Notes under the pieces: generated by a model
What the model saw: the letters and a program-made list of their open reading frames with translations, nothing else
Told to the model about the DNA's origin: nothing
The model's database searches: none
Assembly: GCF_006345805.1 (NCBI RefSeq)
Contig: NC_042999.1
Coordinates: forward strand, 150,350,001-150,414,000
From: Octopus sinensis
Lineage: Eukaryota
Length of the DNA: 64,000 nucleotides
Direction: 5' to 3'
Translations under genes and position numbers: made by a program
Part shown: in pieces, positions 33,077 through 45,781 of the stretch
Layout: every line of letters begins with the position of its first letter
How positions within the stretch are numbered: the first letter of the stretch is position 1

Positions 33077-35723
33077 ATTTAACGTGTGTCTTCCATGCTG
33101 GCATGGGTTGGACGGTTTGACAGGAACTGAGCAGCTGCCCCGGGTTCCAGTGTGTTTTGGCACTCAGAGTGTACTGAGTGCCTTTTACATGGAACCTGCA
33201 CAGATGCAGATACCTAACTTCTGTTCTCTCTTTTACTTTCTACCAATGAGTTGTAATGCACCTGAGTACTGCATACCATAAACTCATAAAATAAACGACT
33301 TATGCAGCATTGCAGTTTATAACAGTACAAAGCAACTGTACCTATATTGTGGAACCTATTTACAGCCAAATGGACGGAAGAAACAAACGTGTCATTACTA
33401 TAGATACACAACACTTTAAAAAGCAGGATATAACTATGACTCTACTTGTTCAACGTAAAAAATTTTTTAAATCAACCATTTTTTTTTTGCTTCATGAATT
33501 TATGCATAACCAATTATAAAAATTTCCTTTAGCACTTCTGAGGAAACCAGATGCATTTCCTAGTTATTTTATAAAAGTATCATCATTGCAATGCAACTAT
33601 TTCTTAGCAGTATGCATGCATAATGAAATGTGTGTGTGTGAGTGCAATATAAATCTTTTTAGTATCTAAAAAGATGCAATTACAAACCAGTTCTCATGAC
33701 TCCAGGGGGAAAAGCTAAAATTGCTTTGAAATGGACTTTCCTCCCCCTAACTACACGCTGTTAACATCACTAACATCGTTTTCATCTTCATGCATTAAAG
33801 ATATTTGTTTTCCATTGACGTCACACACGTCGAATTAACTGAAGGCCATACTAGGAACCTTCCACTTCACCCATCCTTCTAACATACTCAAACTCAATCT
33901 GTCTGTTTGTCTCTCTCCCTCTCCGTCTCTCCTTCACACACACACACACATGTATACGCACAAACATACACACATATATACACATACATAGGTGTGTGGT
34001 GTGTGACTTGACCAGCAGGAAGGGGAATTAACTGTTTCACGAATAAATGTGTGTGTTAGTGTGTAACAAGAGTGCGATAAATGTATCACCCCTGCTATCT
34101 AGATGTATTAGTATTTATCTCTCCTTTTCACACACACACACACACAACATACACATCTGCAAACACTGGCATCACCTTCCCCTAGTGATACCTTCAACGT
34201 CTTTCTCTTTCCTTTTTATGCTCTCTTACTCATGTCTATAAATTCACGTCATTGCTTGCTTTGCCAAATTATTCTATCATATATGCCTATATTTTACTTC
34301 CTGTTTCGTATTTCAGCCTGACCGCTTCTTTTTGTTTATTCAGCCTATTAACTATTTCAGATTCAAGTAAAAATACATATATATATATTTCTGCAGCCTT
34401 TAGCTTTGCATTGCAATTTGTTAAAGTAATCAACTTTTGAGTGCATTACCAATTGATGAATTCCTGATGGATTGGGAGAAAAAAAAAACTACACACACAC
34501 ACACACTTATTGGGAGGAGTGTTGTTTGTGGAAGTAAACAGTATCATCAGTAGAAATAGTAGTAACTGTTATTACTGTTCTGTCTCTCGTTACTACTAAA
34601 ACTGAATGACAGTCGCAAGACCTATGCTACGAAATGACGGCTACTTTGCAAACTTCTGGCTGTTCCTCTTCTTCGTACACATGCATTCGAACTCAAAAAT
34701 TGTTGTAGTTGTTAACTCCAAGTCAGCCCTAATCAAGTAGATCTTTGCTCAGACGTGTTCCAGCCATGACCACTTCGCATTGTTTTCAGGAACTGCGTGT
34801 CTTAGACTACATTATTCAACGAGTCTGCTCCCCCTTTTAAGACGATATTATGGGATATAAAGATTCGGTTGCTATTTCTAGCTTGCCGAAATCACATATA
34901 CAGTTGTTATTCACTTCAGGTCCTCTGATTGAGCAGGGCTATGAAGAAAACATTTCAGTCATGACCATCCAGTAAAGTGTCCTTCCATTTGTTATGATGG
35001 CAGGATTTCATTTGAGAAAGATTTGGCAGCTGTTTTGTATCAGGTTCAGCGCCCTCGATTATTATTTTAAGTGGTGGTAGAAACGGTAGAGACTTGAAAT
35101 GCTATGCGATATTTAGTTCCGTCTTTTATCCGTGTGCTGAGTTCAAGTTCTTTTGATCAATTTTGCCTTTAATATCCCTGGAGGCCAATAAAATTATTAA
35201 GTGCCAATTGCTCCATACCTCTATCCTCTGTGCATCCGCCACCCATTCCTCAAAAAAATTCCTGGTATTCGCTTATGCGTGGATTTGTTTAAACCGCCCA
35301 TACCACTTACAAACCATTTTCAGATTTTTAAGATTTAAATTTTTTTTCTTAAACACTATTAAAACTTTGGTTAATGTTTACTTTAACACCTGGCCACCAA
35401 AACAAAAAAATGTGTAAAAGGTGTATTAAACGAATATGAAAACAAAAATTTGCGCAAAGGAACGAGTGTGTGTGTATGGGAAATTACCAAGATCCAATTT
35501 TTTCCTTCATAACTTTTAGGAAAATGGATATCTTTTAATGAAATTTTATTTTATGCCTTTCAAACCCCATAGATTACGATTGTAGAGAAATTTGTGGGGA
35601 AAATTTTCTTCCGAAGGGATGGGAAGAAGATTTTCGGAAAATTCCCACAATCCGATTTTTTCCCTCGTAACTTTTAGGAAAATGTATATCTTTTAATGAA
35701 ATTTTATATAAATAATAATTATA

Positions 35724-35899
35724 ATGCTCAACTGGTTAAGGTCAAACAACTGACAACCAAATCTGGTATTGTGCAGAATATGTACTGTAGCCCATCTTTT
35801 ATACCAAGACAAAACAATGTAAATGATAAGACTACCAGTCAGTTAAGGCCAGGAGCCAAGAGAGCCACTGCCTGGTATTACATCGGGGCGTATATTATT

Positions 35900-35935
<36 letters not shown>

Positions 35936-36520
35936 TTATTATTATTATTATTATTATTGAGTGTGAGAGCAGTGCATGCCATCAAAGTGACACTTGGGTA
36001 AAATATACAAAGCTCAGTATACCCATCATGACTACCCGTCTGATAAGGGTACACCAGGCACATGTATCAACCATATGTGCGCGACATAGTGATCTCATAT
36101 CAAGATTAACAGTGCATGACCTTGCAGGTGGGACCCAGTTAGAATTTTGTTCAGATCGAGTAGCCCATCCCACTCAAAAGGTCCCTGAATAAGGGTTGTT
36201 TAAGGATGATGAACAAAACACCCATGTTTCCACAGGAGAATTACCCAAATCCCCAAAGAATTCCTCTCAACACATGGCTATGATGCTTGTGATCAGAGAT
36301 GTACATATTGTCAGCCATTAAGTGACATGCTCAACTGGTTAAGGTTAAACAACTAACAAGCAGATCTGTGGTATTGAGCAGAATATTTGCTGTAGCCCAT
36401 CTTTTAAATCAAGACAAAACAATGTGCATGATAACACTTTCAATCAGTTAATATCAAAAGCCATGAGAGCCACTGTCTAGAACTGCATCGGGACATTTAT
36501 TATTATTATCATTATTAGCA
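35724..36520 (-). repeat. 603-bp-period partial tandem of a retroposon-like unit separated by (AAT)n
   Basis: 35724-35890 is homologous to 36327-36492; (ATT)n runs at 35897-35958 and about 36495-36520. Confidence 0.75.
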
Positions 36521-38210
36521 TGCTATCCAAAATACATAGCAGCATTTCATAATTCTGCATGTTCTGAGTTCAAATTCTGCCGAGGTCAACTTTCATACTT
36601 TCAGGGTTGATAAATTAAGTAATGGGGTCAATGTAATTGACGAGTCCCCTCCCTGCAAATTTCATGTCTTGAGCCTTTAGTAGAAAGGATTTGGTAATAT
36701 ACTATGCTTGAGAAGACCTGTCAAGGCAAGTTAGATTGTAGTCGTGGCTGGTGTTGTGTAACTGATAAAAAGCATCCACTACACTCTTGGAGTGGTTGGT
36801 GTTAGGAAGAAACCATGCCATATTAGATTGGAACCTGGTGCAGCTCCCCAGCTTACCAGTTTTCAGTCAAACCATCCAACCCATGCTAGCATGGAAAATG
36901 GACATTAAATGATAATGAGGGTGATAATAATGAAGGTGGTGAGCTGGCAGAATTGTTACCTTGTTGGGCTAAATGCTTAGTGGTATCTCTCCCATCTCTA
37001 TGCTCTGAGTTCAAATCCCACTGGGGTCAACTTTGCCTTGAATTCTTTCGGGGTCAATAAAATAAGTACCAGTTGAGCACTGGGAGTCAATCTAATCATC
37101 TTACTCCTCCCCTAAGATTACTGGCCTTGTGCCAAAATTTGAAACCATTATTATTATTGTCATTGAAGGCAGCATTTTTTCCAGTTCTTTTTGCTTTGTG
37201 TTCAAATCTCACCAAAGCCAATTTTGCCTTTCAGGATTGATGCTGATTTTGGGCAAAAATGAAGAAGAGTTCAACTGTGTCTTTCATCATTTTGTGCTTA
37301 ATAAAATAAGTACTAATTGAACACTAGGTCAATGACACTGACTAGCCACTTATTCAATAATTTCAGTCCTTGTGCTTATAGTACAAAGGAATGAATTTTT
37401 CTTCTTCCTTCAGTTTTGTATCCATTTCTTATCAAGTGTCTTCTTGACACCTAGGGCAAAGAAACTCACTGTATACATTGAGTGGCCATTAAATTATACG
37501 CACCAAATTGTTTATTTACAAAATAAAGTTATGTAGAGAAAAATATTTACACGGATGCTAATCCTTCTCACAGTGACAATGCTCTTCTCATTATATGTGA
37601 TATATCAAGGCAGTGAGCTGGCAGACTCGGGGGTCAATGAAATAAGTACCAGTTACACACTGGGGTCCATGTAATTGACTAGTCTCCTCCCCACATATTT
37701 GAGGCCTTGTGCCTCCAGTAGAAATGATAATGATGATGATGGTTGTTGTTATTGTTGTTGTTGTTGTTGTTGAAGGTGGTGAGCTGACAGAATTGTCAGC
37801 ACAATTTCAACATTTTATGTTCTGAATTCAAATTCTGTTGAGGTTGATTTTGCATTCCATCTTATAAAAGTTGGCAAAACAAGTACCAGTTTAATACTGG
37901 GATTGATGTAATTGACTTATGCCATCCTTCAAAATTTCAGGCCTTGAGCCTATAGTAAAAAAAGTTGTTATTGGGAGCAACAAGATAATAGGATCGTTAG
38001 CACATCAGACAAAATGCATAGTGGCATTTCTTTTGCCCCTTCTCTTTCTGAGTTCAAATTCTACTGGGGTCTACTTTATCTCTCACTTTTACAGGGCCAA
38101 TAAAATATAATACCAGTCAAATGCTGTGGTCAATGTAATCACCTCACCCCATCCTCCCTAAAAATGCTGGCCTGGTGCCAAAATTGGAAAGAATTATTAT
38201 CACTATTCCA

Positions 38211-38372
38211 CTAGTGTAGCTAAGGGGGTGCAGTAGGGGTGGTCCACCCCGGGTGGCACTTTTAAAGGGGCAGCACTTTTCATCCCATTGTAGGCAATAT
38301 GTGTTTTTTGTGGGGTCTGGGGGCAGCAAGCAGAAGGGCCACCCTAGACGGCACACATTCTAGCTACACTAG
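38211..38372. mobile_element. Small MITE-like element
   Basis: Perfect 12-bp TIR CTAGTGTAGCTA around a G-rich interior; no clear TSD. Confidence 0.55.
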
Positions 38373-38427
38373 AGCATTATTCCCTTGTTTGTATTTTTTA
38401 GCTTGTACACATTTGGAGAAAGCATTT

Positions 38428-38657
38428 TTTTTTTATTGCCCACAAGGGGCTAAACATAGAGGGGACAAACAAGGACAGACAAAGGGATTAAGTCGATTGC
38501 ATCGACCCCAGTGCGTAGCTGGTACTTTATTTATCGACCCCGAAAGGATGAAAGGTAAAGTCGACCTCGGCAGAATTCGAACTCAGAACGTAGCGGCAGA
38601 CGAAATATCGCTAAGCATTTCGACCGTCGCGCTAACGTTTCTGCCAGCTCACCACCT
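38428..38657 (-). mobile_element. tRNA-head SINE family B, well-preserved copy
   Basis: A-box-like TGGCAGAAACGTTAG and B-box-like GAGTTCGAATTC. Other copies at 24852-25048(-), 46278-46450(-), 36515-36690, 36935-37145, 37605-37725, 37775-37960, 37985-38195, and degenerate at about 850-960. Confidence 0.8.
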
Positions 38658-39004
38658 TGGAAAAAAGCATTTGTGTGTGTGTGTGTGAGACTATAAAATA
38701 CATATCCGTTTGGGCATGAGATGTAGGGTGATGGAGGAAGAAGTACAGCAGTTATTAATGTACGTAACTTAATGCACAGAAAGCACACAATTAATATAGA
38801 GAAAACTGAGAATTAAGGTGTCAATAAGTGTACTAAATATAAAATACAAGTAGATCGTCATGAAATGTCTTTTATTCTTGTCATTTCCCATCATCCCCAA
38901 AACAAAAGAGAGTTTTGTCCATTTCGCTTGGGCCATTAGTAGGCAATCCTATTGTTTACTTAATTTTCAATTTATGTTTGCAGACGTAACAACTACTGTG
39001 AGGC

Positions 39005-39092
39005 TTGTATATCAATATGTGTGTGTGTGTGTGTGTGATGTGGAGACACTTTTCACTCCCCACCTTCTCTATTTGTGTGTGTGTGTGTGTGT

Positions 39093-39146
<54 letters not shown>

Positions 39147-39256
39147 ATCTATCAATACACACACACATAAAAATTTATGTATATGTATACATATATGTGT
39201 GTGTGGTGTGTGTGTGTGTATATATATATATATGTATATATATGTGTGTGTGTGTG

Positions 39257-39306
<50 letters not shown>

Positions 39307-39355
39307 ATCTATCAATACACACACACATAAAAATTTATGTATATGTATACATATA

Positions 39356-39392
<37 letters not shown>

Positions 39393-39790
39393 GTATATAT
39401 ATATGTGTCTATATATATATATATAATATATATATATATATAATATATATATTATATATATATAATATATATATATATACATATATATAATATATATATA
39501 TATATACATATATATAATATATATATATATATTATATATATATATATATACACATATATATATATATACACATATATATATATATATACATATATATAAT
39601 ATATATATATAATATACATATATATATATATATACACATATATATATATACATATATATACATATATATATATACATACATATATATATACATATATATA
39701 CATACATATACATATTCATATATATATATATATATATATATACATAACATATAAATATACATGTATATGTATATTCATATTTATATATAT
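39005..39790. repeat. Long compound (TG)n/(TA)n microsatellite block with an internal 160-bp duplication
   Basis: atacctatctatcaatacacacacacataaaaatttatg at 39141 and again at 39301. Confidence 0.95.
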
Positions 39791-39797
39791 CCCATTT

Positions 39798-42500
39798 GGA
39801 CACTTAAGGATCCTCTGAATGAACAGAGATTTAGAGACAAACTACTTGACACTTTTGATTAAAAGAGGCAGATATAGCATCACATAATGTGCCGGACAAC
39901 TAGAGCTTCCTACGGGACAACCTGTTGAGGGCTATTGACCAGATCTGTGGCTGCTGCAAAGCCCCCTCTTGAACTAAAGTAACATGGTGGTGGAACTATG
40001 TAGCTGACAAGGCTATTAAGGAAAAGGAACAGGTATGAAAGGACTGGAAGTGTGGTGTTGTATCAGATCACCAGAAGGGAAGTTAGAAGACAAGTTTACT
40101 TAGCCAGAGGGGAAGCAGATAAGAAAAAATTTGCTAATGTTCAGCGTCGTGAGGACCAGAAAATTCAAGTGTTTCATATTGCAAGACAGTGTGTGAGAGA
40201 GAATCGTGTTGTCATAGGAGAGAAATGTGTCTAATGATGCTGCAAAGAAAGAAACTTGGAGATGTCACTATGAAAGGTTGCTAAATGAAGAGAATGAATG
40301 GGAGAAAGAGAGTCTGCCATATGTTGACCTAACAGTGGGACCAGCTCTTTGATCTGACCGTATCTTGGTAGATAAAGTAATTAAGGGTATTAAGACAGGG
40401 AAAACCCCTGGCCCATCAGGAATCACCACAGAGATACTTAAAATATCTGGTGGTGTCAGCTATAGGAGTCATTACCAATGACTGGTGTACAGCACCATAG
40501 TCAACTGCTACAAAAGTAAAGATGACACTTTAGATACAAATAATTAGAGAGGTATCAAATTGTTGGATCAAGTGATGAAAGTCACAGAGAAGGTCACAAC
40601 CCAACTAATTCGGGAGAGAGTTAGTTTAGATGAGATGCAGTTTGGGTGTGTGTCAAGGAGAAGTACCACTGATGCTATATTTCTAGTAGGACAGCTGCAG
40701 GAGGAATACCTAACCAAAGATAAACCTCCGTACTTGGCTTTCGTTGACATGGAGAAAGCCTTTGATAGAGTCCCACGGTCCCTTATATGGTGGTCAATGC
40801 AGAAACCATGGATAATTGAGTGGTTGGTGGGAGCTGTATAAGCCATGTACAGGGATGCTATCAGTAAGGTGAGGTTTGGCAATGAGTGCAGCCAAGAATT
40901 CCGGGTAGAAGTAGGGGTCCACCAAGGATCAGTGCTCAGCCCTCTCTTATTCATCATAGTCTTCCAAGTAATAACAGAGGAATTCAACACAGGGAGTTCC
41001 TCTATGCTGATGACCTTGCTCTAGTAGTTGAGTCACTACCAGAACTAGAGCAGTTTCAGGTGTGGAAGCAAGGTTTAGAATCGAAGAGTCAATCTAGCAA
41101 AAACTAAAGTCTTAGTAAGTAAGAAGGCAGACAAATCACAAATCCCTTCAGGTTGACAGCCCTGCACAATATGTGGAAAAAGCATTGGTAGAAACCCCAT
41201 AAGATGTAGCCAGTGTAAACTTTGGCCACATAAGAGGTGCAGCAATATCAAAGGAAGGTTAACTGAGAAGATAGTTTTTGTGTGTGAAGATGCACAGGAG
41301 CAATAAATACTGAAGATGTACAGAAGACAGATTCCATCACCTACCAAGGGGAAAAACTAGAAGTTGATAACTTTTGTTACCCAGGTGACCAAGTCAGTAA
41401 CAGGGATGAATGCTCTGAGAGCATGCTAGAATAACAATAGGCTGGGCAAAGTTCAGAGAGCTCCTGCCTCTACTGGTAACAAAGGGTGTCTTGCTCAGAG
41501 TGAAAGGTAGACTTTATGATGCCTATGGCTGAACTGCCATGCTACACAGTAGTGAAACATGGGTTGTGACTGCTGGGGACATACATACATAGTCTTGAAA
41601 GAAATGAAGCAAATATGCTCTGCTGGATGTGTAATGTCAGTGGGCGTACATGACAGAGCATAAGCACTCTGAGAGAAAAGTTGGACATAAGAAGCATCAA
41701 ATGTGGTGTACAAGAGAGACAACTGTGCTGGTATAATCATGTGTTGCGTATGTATGAAAACAGCTGTGTGAACAGCAGTGTCACACCCTAACAGTGGAGG
41801 GAACCTGTGGAAGAGGTAAACCCCAGAAAACATGGGACAAGGTAGTGAAGCATGATCTTCGAATATTGGACCTCACAGAGGTAATGACAGGCAACCGAGA
41901 CCTTTGGAGATATTCTGTGCTTGAGAAGACTTGGCAAGCTAAGTGAGATTGTGGCCAATGCCAGTGTTACATAACCGGCCTGTTTAAAAGTACCTGCTGT
42001 GCTTGAGAAGATCTGTTGGGTCAAATGAAATCATAGTCATGGCCAATACCAGTGCTGCCTGATTGGCACCCATGCTGGTAGCACATAAAAAGCACCATTC
42101 AATTGTGGTTGATGCCACTGGCAGCTGTACCAGTGACACGTAGGAAAACACTATTCAAGTGTACTCAATGTCAGTGTCGCCTGACTGGCTCCTGTGCTGG
42201 TCGCATGTAAAAAGCATCATTCAACCATGGCCGATGCCAGTACCCACTGATTGGTACCTGTGCCAGTGGAATGTAAAAAGCACCATTTGAGCGTGGTCGA
42301 TGCCAGTGCCACCTGACTGGCCTGCTGGTGGCACATAAAAGGCATCCACTGGACTCTCGGAGTGGTTAGCATTAGGAAGGGCATCCAGCTGTAGAAACCT
42401 TGCCAGATCAGATTGGAGGTTGGTGCAGCCTCCTGGCTTGCCAGTCCACATCAGACCATTCAAGCCGCCACCAACAAAGAAGAAGAAGAAGAAGAAGAAG
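39798..42500 (+). mobile_element. Degenerate RTE LINE (RT, C-terminus, 3'UTR)
   Basis: Homologous along its length to 42880-45766; ORF pieces 40052..40234 and 40560..40841; ends at a (GAA)n run. Confidence 0.92.
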
Positions 42501-42669
42501 ACTATTCCTCTGCTACACTGCAACTTCTTCCTTAAATAACTCCTTGAAGAATTTTAGTTGAACATCTCGACCATAGTACTTATATTTTTTAAGCCTGCTG
42601 AACTGCTAATTTACACGGACATAAACACACCAGCACCGGTTGTCAAGTAGTGATGGTGGGGGGACTGGT

Positions 42670-42855
42670 GTAGGAACATAATTGATAGCTGCTGCAAGGG
42701 TAAGAGAGATAACTTAAATAGAAGCATTTACACATGTATCAAACTCTTGGACCAGGTGATGTAAATTATGGAGAGAGTTACAGCGCAATTAATTAGGAGC
42801 AGAATTAAGCTTGATGGAATGTAGTTTGGTTTCGCCATGGGGAGAAGCACTTAGT
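42670..42855 (+). mobile_element. Short diverged RTE RT fragment
   Basis: IKLLDQVM...ERVTAQLIR...QFGF-like sequence. Confidence 0.65.
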
Positions 42856-42879
42856 TAAGAATAAACCATTATATTCAGC

Positions 42880-45766
42880 ATTCCCAGGCGAAGAATGTAC
42901 CCGCAACATAGACTAGTAGTTAGTGACTTTAGGATCAGGACTAAGAGGGCAACCAGAAGACGTCCAACATGGAGAAGAAGGATCTGGAAGCTTAAAGATC
43001 CTGTGAATGGACAGAGATTTAGGGACATGCTACTTGAAGCCTTTGACGAAGTAGAAGGGGATAGAGTATCACATGGGGTAGAAGGCAACTGGACGTTTCT
43101 AAGAGACAACCTGATGAGAGCCACTGACCAGATCTGTGGCTGGTGCAAAGTCCCCTCTCGTCCCAAGGTAACGTGGTGGTGGAACAATGTTGTGGACAGG
43201 GCTATTAGAGAAAAGAGACAGGCTTGGAAGGACTGGAAGAATAGTGGTAGCAGGGAATTGTATCAGACTGCCAAAAGGGAAGCTAGGAGACAGGTCTATC
43301 TAGCCAGAGGGGAAGCAGATAAGAAAAAATTTGTCAATGTTCTGCGCCGTGAGGACCAAAGACTGGAAGTGTTTCGTGTTGCAAGACAGTGTGTGAGAGA
43401 GAATTGTGATGTGGTAGGAGAGAAGTGTGTTCGCATGGATGATGGTTCACTTGCGCTAAATGAGGATGTAAAGAGAGAGGTTTGGAGACGCCACTATGAA
43501 AGGTTGCTGAATAAAGAAAATGAATGGGATAAAGAGAGTCTGCCGAATGTTGACCCAACAGAGGGACCAGCTATCCGAGTTGACAGTTCCTTGGTAGTTA
43601 AGGCAATTAGAAGCATGAAGACAGGGAAAACCCCAGGCCCATCAGGAATCACTGCAGAGATGCTCAAAATATCTGGTAGTGTTGGCTATAGCCTAGTCAC
43701 CCGTATAGTTAATCAGATGATACACGAAGGAGTCATACCCAATGACTGGTGTAGCAGCATAATAGTCAACTGCTACAAAGGTAAAGGTGACACCCTAGAT
43801 ACAAATAATTACAGAGGTATTAAGCTGTTGGATCAGGTAATGAAGGTTACGGAGAGGGTCATAGCCCAACTAATTAGAGAGAGAGTTAGTTTAGATGAGA
43901 TGCAGTTTGGGTTCATGCCAGGGAAAAGTACCACTGATGCTATATTCCTGGTATGGCAGCTGCAGGAGAAATACCTAGCCAAAGATAAGCCCCTGTACCT
44001 GGCTTTTGTTGACATGGAGAAAGCCTTCGACAGGGTCCCCCGATCCCTTATCTGGTGGTCAATGAGGAAACTAGGGATAGATGAATGGTTAGTGAGAGCT
44101 GTGCGAGCTATGTACAGGGATGCTGCTAGTAAGGTGAGGGTTGGCAACGAGTACAGTGAAGAATTCCGGGTAGAGGTAGGGGTCCACCAAGGCTCAGTCC
44201 TCAGCCCCCTCCTATTTATCATAGTGCTCCAGGCAATAACGAAGGAATTCAAGACAGGATGCCCTTGGGAGCTCCTCTATGCTGATGACCTTGCTCTAAT
44301 TGCTGAGTCATTATCAGAACTGGAGGAGAAGTTTCAGGTGTGGAAGCAAGGATTAGAATCGAAGGGCCTTAGAGTCAATCTAGCTAACCCAAAGTCCTAA
44401 TAAGTAGGAAGGTAGACAAATCACAAACGCCTTCAGGTAGATGGCCCTGCTCAATCTGTAGAAAAGGTGTAGGTAGAAACTCTATAAGATGCACTAAGTG
44501 TAAGCTATGGACACATAAGAGGTGCAGCAATGTCAAAGGAAGGCTAACTAGGAAGATAGTTTTTGTATGTGGCAGATGCTCAGGAACAATAAACACTGAA
44601 AATGCTCTGAGACCAACTTCTGTCACTTTCCAGGGAGAAAAACTAGAAATAGTTGATAGCTTCTGTTACCTAGGTGACCAAGTCAGTAGCAGGGGTGGGT
44701 GTTCTGAAAGTGTAACTGCTAGAGTAAGAATAGCTTGGGCAAAGTTCAGAGAGCTCTTACCTCTGCTGGTGACAAAAGGCCTCTCGCTCAGAGTAAAAGG
44801 CAGACTGTATGACGTGTGTGTACGAACAGCCATGCTACATGGCAGTGAAACATGGGCCGTGACTGCTGAGGATATGCGTAAGCTCGCAAGAAATGAAGCC
44901 AGTATGCTTCGATGGATGTGTAATGTCAGTGTTCATACTCGACAGAGTGTAAGTACCTTGAGAGAAAAGCTGGACCTAAGAAGCATCAGATGTGGTGTGC
45001 AAGAGAGACGTTTGCACTGGTATGGTCATGTGGCGAGAATGGATGAAGATAGTTGTGTGAAAAAGTGCCACACCCTAGCAGTTGAGGGAACCTGTGGAAG
45101 AGGCAGACCCAGGAAAACCTGGGACGAAGTTGTGAAGCATGACCTTCGAACTTTAGGTCTCACTAAGGAAATGATTAGAGACCGAGACCTCTGGAAGTAT
45201 GCTGTGCGTGAGAAGACCCGGCAGGACAAGTGAGACCATAACCTGTGGCCTTCTACATGGGATGTAGCCAGTCCACTTATGCATACCTTCCCTTCTTGGG
45301 ACACAAAACTCTACTTGTGAAGACCTGTTGAGGCAAGTGAGAATCAGAATCGAAATCGATCAATGGAAATTGCAGCTGAGTTACCAGTGCCAGTGGAACG
45401 TAAGAGAACCATCCGAACATGGCCGTTGCCAGCGCTGCCCCAACTGGCCTCTTGCTGGTGGCATGTAAAAAGCACCATCCGTTCGTGGCCGTTGCCAGCC
45501 TCGCCTGGCCCCCGTGCCGGTGGCACATAAAAAGCACCATCCGATCCTGGCCGTTTGCCAGACTCATCTGGCACCTGTGCAGGTGGCACGTAAAAAGCAC
45601 CCACTACACTCATGGAGTGGTTGGCATTAGGAAGGGCATCCAGCCGTAGAAACATTGCCAGATCAGACTGGGCCTGGTGCAGCCTTCTGGCTTCCTAGAC
45701 CCCAGTTGAACCGTCCAACCCATGCTAGCATGGAAAGCGGATGCTAAACGATGATGATGATGATGA
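42880..45766 (+). mobile_element. RTE-clade LINE, 5'-truncated, nearly intact RT region plus 3'UTR and (GAT)n tail
   Basis: 501-aa ORF 42895..44400 (end of APE domain QHRL; RT motifs NYRGI, FVDMEKAFD, GVHQGSVLSP, YADD). One 1-nt deletion at about 44388, then open to TGA at 45233 (YLG, LRW...WYGHV, GRPRKTW). Tandem 3'UTR units and gatgatgat tail. Confidence 0.95.
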
Positions 45767-45781
45767 TTCCTTGATCTAGAT

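Noticed and set aside
39005-39803. Long ORFs of YI/CV repeats (also 28475-28882, 29079-29364)
   Set aside because: Translation artefacts of (TA)n/(TG)n microsatellites
44388-44400. C CCA AAG heptamer in correct phase for a -1 programmed frameshift that would restore the RTE frame
   Set aside because: Other copies have a continuous frame here, and a terminal G is atypical for eukaryotic slippery sites; best explained as a 1-nt deletion or assembly error
43334-44626. Antisense ORFs over RTE copies (also 22289-22899, 40568-40990)
   Set aside because: Shadow ORFs of the RT coding strand
45395-45605. Repeat-spacer-like array resembling CRISPR
   Set aside because: Eukaryotic context, no cas genes, the 'spacers' are homologous to each other, and the array is the RTE 3'UTR
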